Source: Heptranchias perlo | Lineage: Eukaryota | Direction of reading: 5' to 3' | Assembly: GCF_035084215.1 (NCBI RefSeq) | Contig: NC_090366.1 | Location: forward strand, 13,640,001-13,704,000 | Length of the DNA stretch: 64,000 nt | Part shown: piece by piece, positions 40,428 to 54,200 of the stretch | Numbering within the stretch: the stretch's first letter is position 1 | Layout: every line of letters begins with the position of its first letter | Program-made: the position numbers and the translations under genes | The notes under the pieces: generated by a model | Seen by the model: the letters and a program-made list of their open reading frames with translations, nothing else | Database searches by the model: none | Told to the model about the DNA's origin: nothing

Positions 40428-40544
40428 TTATACATTTGCATAAATAGAGTCCTCGTCAAGATTGCAGTTTTCGTAGATATTATCGGCTTGAAATACATTC
40501 CTGTAACGGTCAGTTTCGATTCCCAGCGTCTCTTCCTCATCCTT
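40428..40544 (-). CDS. Terminal ITIM-like exon, B3
   Basis: Same translation as the B1 and B2 terminal exons, on the minus strand. Confidence 0.7.
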   Translation of the reverse strand, partial: KDEEETLGIETDRYRNVFQADNIYENCNLDEDSIYANV

Positions 40545-42468
40545 CTGTAATAGAAAAGGAAATGAGCAGTGTGACAATCGGCACAATCTGTGATTGGCTT
40601 GTTTGAGTCCAATTAGATCATTGGATCTGCAATTGAGGCCCAACCGTGCAGGGTTTGATCATTGATATTGATCAATGATGGGTTTGATCATTGATATTGA
40701 TCAATGATGGGTTTGATCATTGATATTGATCAATGATGGGTTTGATCATTGATATTGATCAATGATGGGTTTGATCATTGATATTGATCAATTTTGGGTT
40801 TGATCATTGATATTGATCAATGTTGGGTTTGATCATTGATATTGATCAATGTTGGGTTTGATCATTGATATTGATCAATGATGGGTTTGATCATTGATAT
40901 TGATCAATGTTGGGTTTGATTATTGATATTGATCAATGTTGGGTTTGATCATTGATATTGAAATAGTGGCCGTGGGATCTTTTACCTCCCACCTGAGAGG
41001 GGCAGACGGAGCCTCGATTTAACGTCTCATCCGAAAGGCGGCACCTCCGACAGTGCAGCACTCCCTCAGCACTGCACTGGAAGTTTCAGCTTGGATTATG
41101 GTCTCAAGTCCCTGGATTTCCCTCGCCCTCGAACCAGAAACATGTCCTGTACGATAGACTGAAGCCCAACACCCAGATCGCAACAAAAAGTAGAAATCTT
41201 TGGAAGGCATAAATCATTGAAATCTCTCTTTACAAAGTCACAACGCCAACAAAGAGCGACGTAGGTCGTGGAAGTGAATTGCAATCGTTGCTTTACTTAC
41301 CCAGGGCTTGTCCGACTGCTCGTGTGGAGAGTAAATGCCAGCACGCACTGCTTGGGCTGAATGGCCTTTTCCTGTGTTGCGGCCCCTGTGTATTTAATTA
41401 GAAATGGTTGGTCTGTCGCTGTGAGTCACATGAGGAAGTGGGGAAGAAGTGAGAAAATAGCACTTTGCACAAATGAAGGGCCTTTGTCTCGTGTTTTAAG
41501 CAAACTTTTAACCCTTTGTGTCCTGGCACTGTGACGTTATTCCAGTGTAAAGCTGGGCAGCCGCTGAAGTAGAGTTTAGATTCAATGCTCATTCCAGAGA
41601 GCAAGGGCTGTGCTGAAGGAACAGTTGGGCCCCAGAGCATGAACTCCCTGGAAAATGTGAGACACTGGAGAATGTGAAAGAGGGAGAGAGAGAGAGAGAG
41701 AGAACATCAGAGGAGAAAGGAGAGGACGAATGAGACAGAAAAAGTGGAAGAAAAGAAAGAAACAGGCAGGAGAGAGCGTGATCTTAATTGCAAGTACATG
41801 GCTGGAAATAAATCACGTCAAAGTCCAATTTGTGTGTTCGCCTCAAAATATCCTGCTTGTTTCTCCAGCAGTCGCTGTGTTTACAGTGAGATCGTTGGGC
41901 TGCATGTTACTGTACTGTACAGGGTAAGTATATCATTTGGTTCTGGCTGTCAGCTAAATAAAGAAGACTTGCATTGATATAGCGCCTTTCGTGACCTCAG
42001 GATGTCCCAAAGAGCTTGATAATCCAGGCCGACACTCCCCAGTGTTAGTACTGAGGGGGTTCTGCACTGTCTGTCTTTCGGGATGAGACGTTAAACCGAG
42101 GCCCCCCGTCTGCCCTCTCAGGTGGGTGTAAAAGATCCCACGGCCACTATTTCGAAGAAGAGCAGGGGGGAGTTCTCCCCGGTGTCCTGGGGCCAATATT
42201 CATCCATCAAACAACATCACTACAAAAACAGATGACCTGGTCATTATCACATTGCTGTTTGTGGGATCTTGCTGTGCGCAAATTGGCTGCCGCGTTTCCT
42301 ACTTTACAACAGTGACTGCACTTCAAAAGTATTTCATTGGCTGTAAAGTGCTTTGCGGCGTCCTGAGGTTGTGAAAGGCGCGATAGAAATGCAAGTTCCT
42401 TCTTTCCTTTAAGGAGGGAAAATTGAAGCAAGAGTTTTCAAAAAAACAAGTTAAACCTTCACACTTAC

Positions 42469-45400
42469 TTTCGCACGCAGATGTAGATCAAGAACCCGGC
42501 CAGTGTCCCACTCAACGTGATTCCAACACCAAGCAATGCTCCTTTCCATTCATGTGTTTCTCTCCCTGTAAAAACAACCACAGTTTTAGTACGATGCTCT
42601 GATCAACTTATACTTATTCTGACCTTGAGAAGTGATTACCCAACACAACTAATATTTATATATGTAATCTCCACATATTTAATATCTGTATATGTAATAT
42701 CTGTATATGTAGTCACTATATATTTAATATCTGAATAGGTAATACTTATATATAATATTTATCTATTATATCTATATTCAATATCTATATGTGTAATATT
42801 TATATATAATACCTATATTCAATATCTATATATGTAATATTTATATGTAATTTGTAATATTAATGTAAAACTACATTCCCAGTCCCCGCCAGAGGTCGCT
42901 TTATGATTGGTGATCTCACTGTGGAATCCAGGAGTGATCACAGTGATCCCTGATCCCAGGGGAAGCGATCGATATTCCATCACTCTGATCCTGAGCTCCA
43001 GCCCTCTGTAACAAAGACCGACTGACCAGGTTCAGGCTCGGTTGCAACTGGATTAAAAGGGGTGAGAATAGCAACTCTTGGGGGTGTGTGTGTGTGTGTA
43101 TGTGTGTGTGTGTGTGAATGAGAGTGTGTGCACGTGTGTGCCTGTGCACGTGTGTTTGTACGTGTCTGTGCCTGTGTACATGTGTGTAACTGTTTACATG
43201 TTTGTGTGTATGTGTCTATTGGCATGTGTGTGTATCTGTGCACATGTAACTCCTGATGATTCCTCAGTGATACAGAACTGCTGCCATTTCCATGAACTGT
43301 GGATCCAAATTATAATGGGATCCAGACCGATCGACTCGACCAGTCGCTGCTCTCTCTGCTCAAAGTGAATGAAGCGCCCACCATTCCGAGTATGGTGGGA
43401 TTTAAATATCGATCAGTATCACCAAGCCAATTCCGTGAAGAAAATCCAACCCATTACTGTTACGAACAAAGTTACGCCCAAACTCACTTTGTAAAATCCA
43501 CAGTCACCCGTCGATATTAATTTGTTTGTATTTAGCGAGATGTGGAAGTATCTCCAGACTCACGTTCCACGGTGATGGTTATGGAACTCTCCACAGCCCC
43601 ATGTTCATTCTCCGCCACACACCGATACTCTCCAGCGACCCTGGATGTCACGTGAGGAAGCTCCAATCGTACCTCGTTGTTGGAACTGCTTCTGTTCACT
43701 GTGACTCCGAGATGTTCCCACCTCAGATTGGAAGCTGGGAAGCTTTCGACAGAGCAGTGTAGGGCTGTAGAATTCCCTTCTGTTATACTGATCGATGAAT
43801 CTTTAATCATATCAAGAGAAGTAATTGAGAGATTCCTCGGAGCGTCTAAAGACAAATAGAGTTTTTATGGATTTTACAGAGAACAGCAACCTGTCGCAGC
43901 AAACACAGCGTACAGCAGGAGCCCATGCTTCATCTCCCTGTATCTTTTGTCTGCATGCATTTCCAGGCATCTTTCCTCATGAAAAGTTCCTGTACCGACT
44001 TTTATAACGTGCCGGCTCTTTGAAAGATCGATCCAATTAATCCCATTCCCCTGCTCGTTCCCCGTAGCCCCTGTAAATTTTTCCCCTTCAAGTATTTATC
44101 CAATTCCCCTTTTGAAAGTTATTATTGAATCTGCTTCCACCGCCCTTTCAGGCAGCGCATTCCAGATCATCACAACTCGCTGCGTAAAAAACATTCTCTT
44201 CATCTCCCCCTCTGGTTCTTTTGCCAATTACCTTAAATCTGTGTCCTCTGGTTACCGACCCTCCTGCCACTGGAAACAATTTCTCCTTATTTACTCTATC
44301 AAAACCCATTCATGATTTTGAACACCTCTATTAAATCTCCCCTTAACCTTCTCTGCTCCCAGGAGAACAATCCCAGCTTCTCCAGTCTCTCCACATAACT
44401 GAAGTCCCTCATCCCTGGGACCATTCTGGTAAATCTCCTCTGCACCCTCTCCAAGGCCTTGACATCCTTCCTAAAGTGCGGTGCCCAGAATTGGACACAA
44501 TACTCCAGCTGGAGCCTAACCAGAGTTTTATCAAAGTTTAGCTAATATCTCCTTCTTTGTCTTACCGTACTTTTTTCTCCAGCTGCCTCTGTGAAGTGCC
44601 TTGCGATGTTTCCCTACGCTAAAGATGCTGTATAAACCCAAGATGGAGGTGTCCTTTGTGTTGTATCTTTAGATGAACGAAACATTGACCCCTTGAAGCA
44701 ACAGAGTGTGCCCTTGGAGAAAAGCACCCAAAAAATTAATTCAGGAAAGATGTTGGTACTTACATTGAACAGTTAGTGCGAGGGTCCGTTGCGATGAAAC
44801 AGATGGGAAGCTGACTCTACAGGTGAGAGTCTGCCCGTAGTGTTTGGGTGATGGGACCAGAGTCAGAACAGAAGAATATGTCAGAGTTCCACCATGCTGA
44901 GTTACACTGTTTGAGACAGACCCGGGAACATCAGTGGGATTGTCCCAGGTTAAGTCAGGTGCTGTTCCCCTGCACGTTGTGTTGAAGGTGCAGGTTATGT
45001 TGCAAGATTTACCCTCAATAATTTCAGGAGCGAATATTGTGGGTTTATCTGTGAAATCTGGCAGAGAATACATCCTTTTAGTTAAATATAACTTGGAGAA
45101 TCAGTTCAAATATAAACCACAGTCCCACAAGGGGGTCTTTTCTCCAGAAAAGAGAAGGCTGAGGGCTGACCTGATAGAGGTCTTCAAAATCTCATAAAAT
45201 TGACAATTAATGGACACGGTCAAGACATTGAATCATTGATTATAAAGTGAGTATTAACGGTTGCTTTAAGACTGAACCGGAAGGTATCGCCTGGTTATTG
45301 ATAATCAGAAGCTGCGTTATTATAATGTTTTGTGTTAATAGTTTATATTATTTCCCATTGACTGTTGAAAGTGAATTGATGAGTAATTATAAACAGCACT

Positions 45401-46885
45401 TACCGGAAACGTGAAGCTGTGTTGCTGGGTAATAGTTGAAGTTTTCCCCGTTGTCAAATTCTACTCTGAAAAAATAAGGACCTGCATCTTCCGCTGTGAT
45501 GTTGTTTATAATCAGGGAACAGTCGCCATCTTTCAGGTCTCCAGACAGACCGGTCCGATGTCTGAACCGGTCCGACTCGTGTCCGTGGTCCTTGGAGTGA
45601 AAGGCTAGGGGAGCCCATGGTCTCACTTCCTCAGTGTTAAACCAGACTCCATCTCGATGTTTGTTTGCCAAATTCGATGGGTAACTGTAATGGCATGGAA
45701 TCAGCGCACACAAACCTTTCTGTGCTCTCACATCTCGTGGGGTGTCGGCCTTCCACTCTTGTGACAATACAGCTGAGGAGATAAAATATCGATATTTAGC
45801 ACTGGATGACTCGTAGATCCACTGGACTCGAGATCCACCATCCCCCCCTTCCATCACTGGCCTACTGTGGCTCCAGTGTGTACCATCTACAGGGTACACA
45901 TGGAACTCCCCAAGGTTACAGTGACAGCATCTCCCTCCCCTGCGACCTCTACCACCCAAAAGGTCAAGAGCAGCAATGTTGGAGGTTGCTCATCACCTCC
46001 AAGTTCCCCTCCGAGTCACACACCATCCCGAGTTGGAGATATATCGGCCGTTCCTCCATCGTCGTTGGGTCAATATCCTGGAACTCGCACTGTGGGAGAA
46101 TCTTCATCACACGGACTGCAGCGGTTCAAGAAGGCGGCTCACCACCACCGTCTCAAGGGCAACTCGGGATGGGCAATAAATGCCGGCCTCGCCAGCGACG
46201 CCCACATCCCAAGAATGAATAAAAAACAGCGTTGATCGCTGGCCAGTCAAACAATGTCAACAACTTGCATTTACATCACGTCTTTAAAAAAAACGTCCCA
46301 AGGCGCTTCACAGGAGTGATTATCAGACACAATTTGTCACTGAGCCACATAAGGAGATATGAGGACAGGTGACCAAAAGCTTGGTCAAAGAGGTCAGTTT
46401 TAAGGAGCGTCTTAAAGGAGGAGAGAGAGAGGCGGAGAGGATTAGGGAGGGAATTCCAGAGCTTAGGGCCCAGGCAGCTGAAGGCACGGCCGCCAATGGT
46501 GGAGCGATGGAAATCGGGGATGGACAAGAGGCCAGAATTGGAGGAGTGCAGAGATCTCGGAGGGTTGTAGGGCTGGAGGAGGTTGCAGTGATGTGGGGGG
46601 GTGGGGGTGGGGAGAGGAGGCCATGGAGGGATTTGAACACGAGGATGATGGTTTTAAAATCGAGGTGTTCCCGGACCTGGAGCCAATGTCGGTCAGCGAG
46701 CACAGGGGGTGATGGGTGAACGGGACTCGGTGCGAGTTAGTACACTGAGTCACTGCTGAATTTGGTCCCTCGTCATAACTCAATAACAATGATCGTTTGC
46801 ACCGACTATTATCCATAAATATCTCCGACCTGACGATGATATTACCTTGGAGAAGTGACAGGAGGAAGTAAGGTTTCCTGATCAT
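42469..46885 (-). CDS. Siglec-like receptor, copy B3 (inverted)
   Basis: Leader 46885-46846, V-set 45772-45404 (GPYFFRVEF), C2 45057-44764, C2 43845-43564, TM 42565-42469 (IYICVRK); canonical splice sites and open frames. Confidence 0.88.
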
Positions 46886-47219
46886 TGTCCACTCTCAGAT
46901 ATTTCATCAACTTCTCACTCTCAAGGTCTGAAAGAGAAACAAGTAAATGAGAACTCACCTCTTGCCCGACAGCTCTGCAGATATTAAAACTGCTTCTAGA
47001 CAATGTCTTCACGGACTAATTTGATTCTATGTGTGATGATGGGTTGTCTGCAGTGAGTTACAAGGCTTTAAGAAAGAGAAAAAAAGACAGAACTTGCATT
47101 TCTACAGTGCCAGGACAACTCCCCCTGCTCTTCATCCAATAGTGGCCGTGGGATCTTTCACATCCGCCTCAGAGGGACAGACGGGGGCCTCGGTTTAACC
47201 TCTCATCCGAAAGATGGCA

Positions 47220-48502
47220 CCTCCAACAGTGCAGCGCTCCCTCAGTACTGACCCTCTGACCGTGCAGCGCTCCCTCAGTACTGACCCACCGACAGTGCAG
47301 CGCTCACTCAGTACTGACCCTCCGACAGTGCGGCGCTCCCTCAGTACTGACCCTCCGACAGTGCAGCGCTCCCTCAGTACTGACCCTCCGACAGTGCGGC
47401 GCTCCCTCAGTACTGACCCTCCGACAGTGCGGCGCTCCCTCAGTACTGACCCTCCGACAGTGCGGAACTCCCTCAGTGCTGACCCTCCGACAGTGCTGCG
47501 CTCCCTCAGTACTGACCCTCCGCCAGTGCAGCGCTCCCTCAGTACTGACCCTCCGACAGTGCAGCGCTCCCTCAGTACTGACCCTCCGACAGTGCAGCGC
47601 TCCCTCAGTACTGACCCTCCGACAGTGCGGCGCTCCCTCAGTACTGACCCTCCGACAGTGCGGTGCTCCCTCAGTACTGACCCTCTGAGAGTGCAGCGCT
47701 CCCTCAGTACTGACCCTCTGACAGTGCAGCGCTCCCTCAGTACTGATCCTCCGACAGTGCGGCGCTCCCTCAGTACCGACCCTCCGACAGTGCGGCGCTC
47801 CCTCAGTACTGACCCTCCGACAGTGCGGCGCTCCCTCGGTACTGACCCTCCGACAGTGCGGCGCTCCCTCAGTACTGATCCTCCGACAGTGCGGCGCTCC
47901 CTCAGTACTGACCCTCCGACAGTGCGGCGCTCCCTCAGTACTGACCCTCCGACAGTGCGGCGCTCCCTCAGTACTGACCCTCCGACAGTGCGGCGCTCCC
48001 TCTGTCTGACCCTCCGACAGTGCGGATCTCCCTCAGTACTGACCCTCCGACAGTGCTGCGCTCCCTCAGTACTGACCCTCCGCCAGTGCAGCGTTCCCTC
48101 AGTACTGACCCTCCGACAGTGCAGCGCTCCCTCAGAACTGACCCTCCGACAGTGCAGCGCTCCCCCAGTCCTGACCCTCCGACAGTGCGGCGCTCCCTCA
48201 GTACTGACCCTCCGACAGTGCGGCGCTCCCTCAGTACTGACCCTCCGACAGTGCAGCGCTCCCTCAGTACTGACCCTCTGACAGTGCAGCGCTCCCTCAG
48301 AACTGACCCTCCGACAGTGCGGCGCTCCCACAGTACTGACCCTCCGACAGTGCGGCGCTCCCTCGGTACTGACCCTCCGACAGTGCGGCGCTCCCTCAGT
48401 ACTGACCCTCCGACAGTGCGGCGCTCCCTCAGTACTGACCCTCCGACAGTGCGGCGCTCCCTCAGTACTGACCCTCCGACAGTGCGGCGCTCCCTCAGTA
48501 CT
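47220..48502 (-). repeat. 33-bp SINE-derived minisatellite, about 39 units (B3)
   Basis: Reverse-complement unit; source of the 11-aa repeat ORFs at 47195-48553. Confidence 0.95.
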
Positions 48503-49899
48503 GCCTCTGGGAGTGTTGCTGGATTATGGACTCAAATCCCTGGATTTCCTTGAACTGGAAAGATGTCGTGTTCGACAGACTTCAGCTCTACACCCCCATC
48601 TCAATAAAAAGTAGAGATCTTTCGACAGCCTAAATCTCTCTTTACAAAGTCACGACACCAACAAAGAGCGACATTGGTCATGGAAGTTAATTACAATCGT
48701 TGCTTTACTTACCCAGGACCTGTCCGACTGCTCGTGTGGAGAGTAAATGCCAGCACGCACTGCTTGGGCTGAGTGGCCTTTTCCTGAGTTGTGACTCTGT
48801 GTATTTAATTAGAAATGGTTGGCATGTCACTGTGAGTCAGATGAGGAAGTGAGAAACAAGTGAGAAAATAGCACTTTGCACAAATGAAGGACCTTTGTCT
48901 TTTGTTTTAAGCAAACTGTTAACCCTTTGTGTCCTGGCGCTGTGACATTAATCCAGAGATTTCAAGTCCCCACTCCAGAAACTGGAGCCCATAATCCAGG
49001 CCGACACTCCCAGTACCGAGGGAGTGCCGCACTGTCAGAGGTGCCGTCTTTTGGATGAGATTAAAAAGAGACCCTCTCAGGTTTCACAAATCTTCTCCCA
49101 CACTCTCACACCCACCCATGCACCATTATCCTTAATCCCTCTCGCACTCTGATTCATACATTCACTATCCTTCTCTCACACTCTAACACACACCCACTCA
49201 CTCTCATTATCCTTAATCTCTCGCACACTCTGATTTACACACTCACTGTCCTTCTCACTTCCACTCACACCCACTCACTCTAAGTAATGTTCACTGTCAC
49301 AGTCTCAGGAGACCAGAGGAAAGGGGGAATGTGAGACACTGGTGAAAGAGTGGGGGAGAGAGAGAGAGAGAGGATGAGAGGGAGGGCATGAGAGGAGAAG
49401 GGAGAGGATGAATGAGACAGGGAAAGAGGAAGGGAAAGAGAGAAACAGGCAGGAGAGAGTGCAATCTTAATTCCAAGAACACGGTTGTGAATAAATCATG
49501 TGTAAAGCCACTTTGAGTGCCAGCTTCGAAATGTCTTGCTTGTTTCTCCAGCAGTAGCTGTGTTAACGGAGAGACTGTCTGTCTGCATGTTACTACACTG
49601 TACTTGGTAAGCATGTAATCAGGCTGACAACCTTCAAAAGGCTGGTTCCAGTGGGTCTCCTAATGGTTCAAAGACATGGGTTGCGTTTCGGGCCGCTGAT
49701 ATTGGCCGTAATGTCTCCATCTCGTGGCACTGGAAAAGGCAGGAGGATATTCTTGGAATGCCACCGACAGGATGTGGGAGGAGACGATTCAACCAAGTTC
49801 TCTGGAATGTGTAATTTGATTCAGTCATCGTCCGGCAGGCGACCGAGTTCAGACAACGTACAGTGCGAACACAACGGATTTCAGAAATCCAACGGTGTT

Positions 49900-50740
49900 A
49901 ACACTCCCGAGTTCAGGGAACGCACAGCGCCGACACTCCCGAGTTCAGAGAACGCACAGCGCCGAGACTCCCGAGTTCAGGGAACGCACAGCGCCGAGAC
50001 TCCTGAGTTCAGAGAACGCACAGCGCCGAGACTCCCGGGTTCAGGGAACGCACAGCGCCGAGGCTCCCGAGTTCAGAGAACGCACAGCGCCGAGACTCCC
50101 GAGTTCAGGGAACGCACAGCGCCGACACTCCCGAGTTCAGGGAACGCACAGCGCCGACACTCCCGGGTTCAGGGAACGCACAGCGCCGAGACTCCCGAGT
50201 TCAGGGAACGCACAGCGCCGAGACTCCTGAGTTCAGGGAACGCACAGCGCCGAGACTCCCGAGTTCAGAGAACGCACAGCACCGACACTCCCGAGTTCAG
50301 AGAACGCACAGCGTCGACACTCCCGAGTTCAGGGAACGCACAGCGCCGAGACTCCCGAGTTCAGGGAACGCACAGCGCCGAGACTCCCGTGTTCAGGGAA
50401 CGCACAGCGCCGACTCTCCCGAGTTCAGGGAACGCACAGCGCCGAGACTCCTGAGTTCAGGGAACGCACAGCGCCGACTCTCCCGAGTTCAGGGAACGCA
50501 CAGCGCCGAGACTCCCGTGTTCAGGGAACGCACAGCGCCGACACTCCTGAGTTCAGGGAACGCACAGCGCCGAGACTCCCGAGTTCAGGGAACGCACAGC
50601 GCCGAGACTCCCGAGTTCAGAGAACGCACAGCACCGACACTCCCGAGTTCAGAGAACGCACAGCGCCGAGACTCCCGAGTTCAGGGAACGCACAGCGCCG
50701 AGACTCCCGAGTTCAGGGAATGCACAGCGCCGAGACTCCT
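49900..50740. repeat. 32-bp minisatellite, mirror array, about 26 units
   Basis: Reverse-complement unit with the same flanks as 8712-12452. Confidence 0.97.
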
Positions 50741-50930
50741 GATTTCCGTGAACATACAGCGGAGTTTGACCCATGAGGGATGATTGTTACTCCCAGTAAA
50801 TGACTCTCGGTGGGTTTGCTCTCTGTTCCTGTGCCCTGGTCGGTCAGAATTAGTTCATAATAAGACACAACAGCTTTAAAAAATTTCAAACAACTTGGCA
50901 TCAACTGCGCCAAGTAAGGCCATGGGTGCA

Positions 50931-51155
50931 TTACGTCAGAAACCATCCAACCGGGAGGACTGATAACATCCCCCAAACACAGATTGTCTGAGTTCACCCT
51001 GATCTCCAGCTCACTCTTTCATAAGAGGCACTTATCACCTCTTACACAACGCAATAGAAAGTGAAAGCTAATAACTGGTGAGCCTGTTCGACTCAACAGT
51101 TCCAGATTTGCAACATAACAAACTGATCCCCGATACGATTCAACCCAGGGTAAGT
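50931..51155 (+). promoter_or_regulatory. Putative promoter and non-coding first exon of the MAG/CD22-like gene with ISRE-like motif
   Basis: ttacgtca 50931-50938, agaaagtgaaagct 51056-51069, donor agg|gtaagt at 51149; leader acceptor at 57110. Mirror at 8294-8519. Motif-only inference. Confidence 0.42.
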
Positions 51156-51289
51156 CTTCTGTAAGTCGAACCAGGCTCTTTTCATCCTTCGGTAATATTC
51201 CATGTCCTTGAATATATTTGCGTGTGTGTTTGTGTGTGTGCGTACGTGTGAGTGTGCGAGTGTGAGAGCGAGTGTGCGTGTGTGAGAGT

Positions 51290-54200
51290 GAGGGGCGAGG
51301 TCCTGCAGGCAGATTTTAAGGAGATCGGAAAGAGATCAACAAGCAGGACCTCGAGAGTAGTAATCTCCGGATTACCTCCCGCGCACTAGCGGGTATAGAA
51401 ATCGGAGGATGGAGCAGATGAATGCGTGGCTGGAGAGATGGTGCAGGAGGGAGGGCTTTAGATTCCTGGGGCATTGGGACCGGTTCTGGGGGAGGTGGGA
51501 CCTGTACAAGCCGGACGGGTTGCACCTCAACAGGACCGGGACTGAAATCCTCGCGGGGAGGTTTGCTGGTGCTGTGGGGGAGGGTTTAAACTAACTCGGC
51601 AGGGAGATGGGAACCTGAGAGGAGATTCAGAAGGGAGAGTAACAAAGCTGGAAGTGGAAGGCAGAAAAGTAGTAAGTGAAATTGGAAGGCTGCGGAAACA
51701 AAGGCCAGCAGCAAATAAGGTCAAAATAGGAAAAAGTGTTAAAAAGGCAAAATTAAAGGCACTTTATCTGAATGCTCACAGCGTTCACAACAAGGTCGAT
51801 AAGTTAACGGCATAAATAGAAGTGAATGGGTCTGATGTAATTGCCATTACGGAGACGTGGCTGCAGGGTGACCAAGTCTGGGAACTGAATATTCAGGGAT
51901 ATTCGAGGTTTAGGAAGGACAGGCAAAAAGGAAAAGGAGGTGGGGTAGTGCTGTTAATAAAGGATGAGATCAGTTCAATAGTGAGAAAGGATCTTGGCTC
52001 AGAAGATCAAGATGTAGAATCAGTCTGGGTGGAGCTAAGAAACAGTAAGGGGCAGAAAACATTGGTGGGAGTTGTTTATTGGCCACTAATCAGTAGTGGT
52101 AACGTAGGGCACGGCATGAAGCAGGAAATTAGAAGTGCATATAACAAGGGTAATACAGTAATCTTGGGGGACTTTAATCAACATGTAGATTGGGCAAAAC
52201 AATTTAGCACTCATATTGTGGAGGACAAATTCCTGGAATGTGTATGAGATGGTTTTCTAGTTCAGTATGTTGAGGAACCAACTAGGGAACAGGCTATTTT
52301 ATTGTGCAATGAGAAAGGGTTAATTAATAATCTTGTTGTAAAGGAGCCCTTAGGGAAGAGTGACCATAATATGATAGAATTCTTCATTTAGTCTGAAAGT
52401 GATGTAGTTCAATCCGAAACTAGGGTCTTAAATCTAAATAAAGGAATCTACGAAGGTATGAGACGCAAGTCGTCTGTGGTTGACTGGGGAACTGCATTGA
52501 AAGGTATGACGGTGGACAGGCAATGGCTGGCATTTAAAGAATTAACACGTAATTTGCAACAAATATATATTCCTTTAAGGCACAAAAACTCAACAGGAAA
52601 AGTGGTCCAACCGTGGTTAACAAGAGAAATTAAAGATCGTATTAAATCAAAGGAAGAGGCAGATAAAGTTGCCAGAAAAAACAGTGAGCCTGAGGATTGG
52701 GAGCATTTTAGAATTCAGCAAAGGAGGGCCAAGAAATTGATAAAGAGGGAAAATAGAATATGAGAGTAAACCAGCGAGAAACATAAAAACGCACTGCAAA
52801 AGCTTCTATAGGTATGTAAAAAGGAAAAGACCGAAGGCAAATGTGGGTCACTTACAAACAGAGAGGGGAGAATTTATAATGGGGAATCGGGAAATGGCAG
52901 AGAAATTAAACAAATATTTTGTGTCTGTCTTCATGGAAAAAGACACAAAAAACCTCCCAGAAATACTAGAGAACCGAGGGTCTGGTGAGAATGAGGAACT
53001 GAAGGAAATTAGTATTCGTAAAAAAAATAGTAGAATCATAGAAGTTTACAACATGGAAACAGGCCCTTCGGCCCAACATGTCCATGTCGCCCAGTTTATA
53101 CCACTAAGCTGGTCCCAATTGCCTGCACTTGGCCCATATCCCTCTATACCCATCTTACCCATGTAACTGTCCAAATGCTTTTTAAAAGACAAAATTGTAC
53201 CCGCCTCTACTACTGCCTCTGGCAGCTCGTTCCAGACACTCACCACCCTTTGAGTAAAAAAATTGCCCCTCTGGACCCTTTTGTATCTCTCCCCTCTCAC
53301 CTTAAATCTGTGCCCCCTCGTTATAGACTCCCCTACCTTTGGGAAAAGATTTTGACTATCTACCTTATCTATGCCCCTCATTATTTTATAGACTTAAAGA
53401 ACTAGAGAAATTAATGGGACTGAAAGTCGATAAATCCCAGGGTTTTGTAAGAGGTGGCTATAGAGATAGTGGATGCATTGGTTGTCATCTTCCAAAATTC
53501 TATAGATTCTTTTACGGTTCCTGCAGACTGGAGGGTAGCAAATGTAACCCCACTGTTTAAGAAAGGAGGGAGAGAGAAAACAGGGAACTGCAGACCGGTT
53601 AGCCTGACATCAGTTGTCGGGAAAATGCTAAAATCTATTATAAAGGATGTGATAACAGGACACTTAGAAAATCATAATAGGATTTGGCAGAGTTGACATG
53701 GATTTATGAAAGGGAAATCATGTTTGACAAACCTATTGGATGTAACGAGTAGAATAGATAAGGGGGAACCAGTGGATGTGGTGTATTTGGATTTTCAGAA
53801 GGCTTTTGATAAGGTTCCACACAGAACCAAGTTAGAGCACAAGGAATTGGAGGTAATATACTGGCATGGATTGAGAATTGGTTAACAGACAGAAAACAGA
53901 GAGTAGGAATAAACGGGTCTTTTTCAGGTTGGCAGACTGTGACTAGTGGGGTACCACAGGGATCAGTGCTTGGGCCCCAGCTAGTCACAATCTATATCAA
54001 TGATTTGGATGAGGGGACCAAATGTAATATTTCCAAGTTTGCAGATGACACAAAACTAGGTGGGAATGTGAGTTGTGAGGAGGATGCAAAGAGACTTCAA
54101 GGGGATATAGACAGGCTAAGTGAGTGGGCAAGAACATGGCAGATGGAATATAATGTGGAAAAATGTGATGTTATCCACTTTGGTGGGAAAAACAGAAATG

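Noticed and set aside
47195-48553. 378, 355 and 177 aa ORFs with 11-aa repeats
   Set aside because: Translations of the 33-bp SINE-derived minisatellite on both strands.
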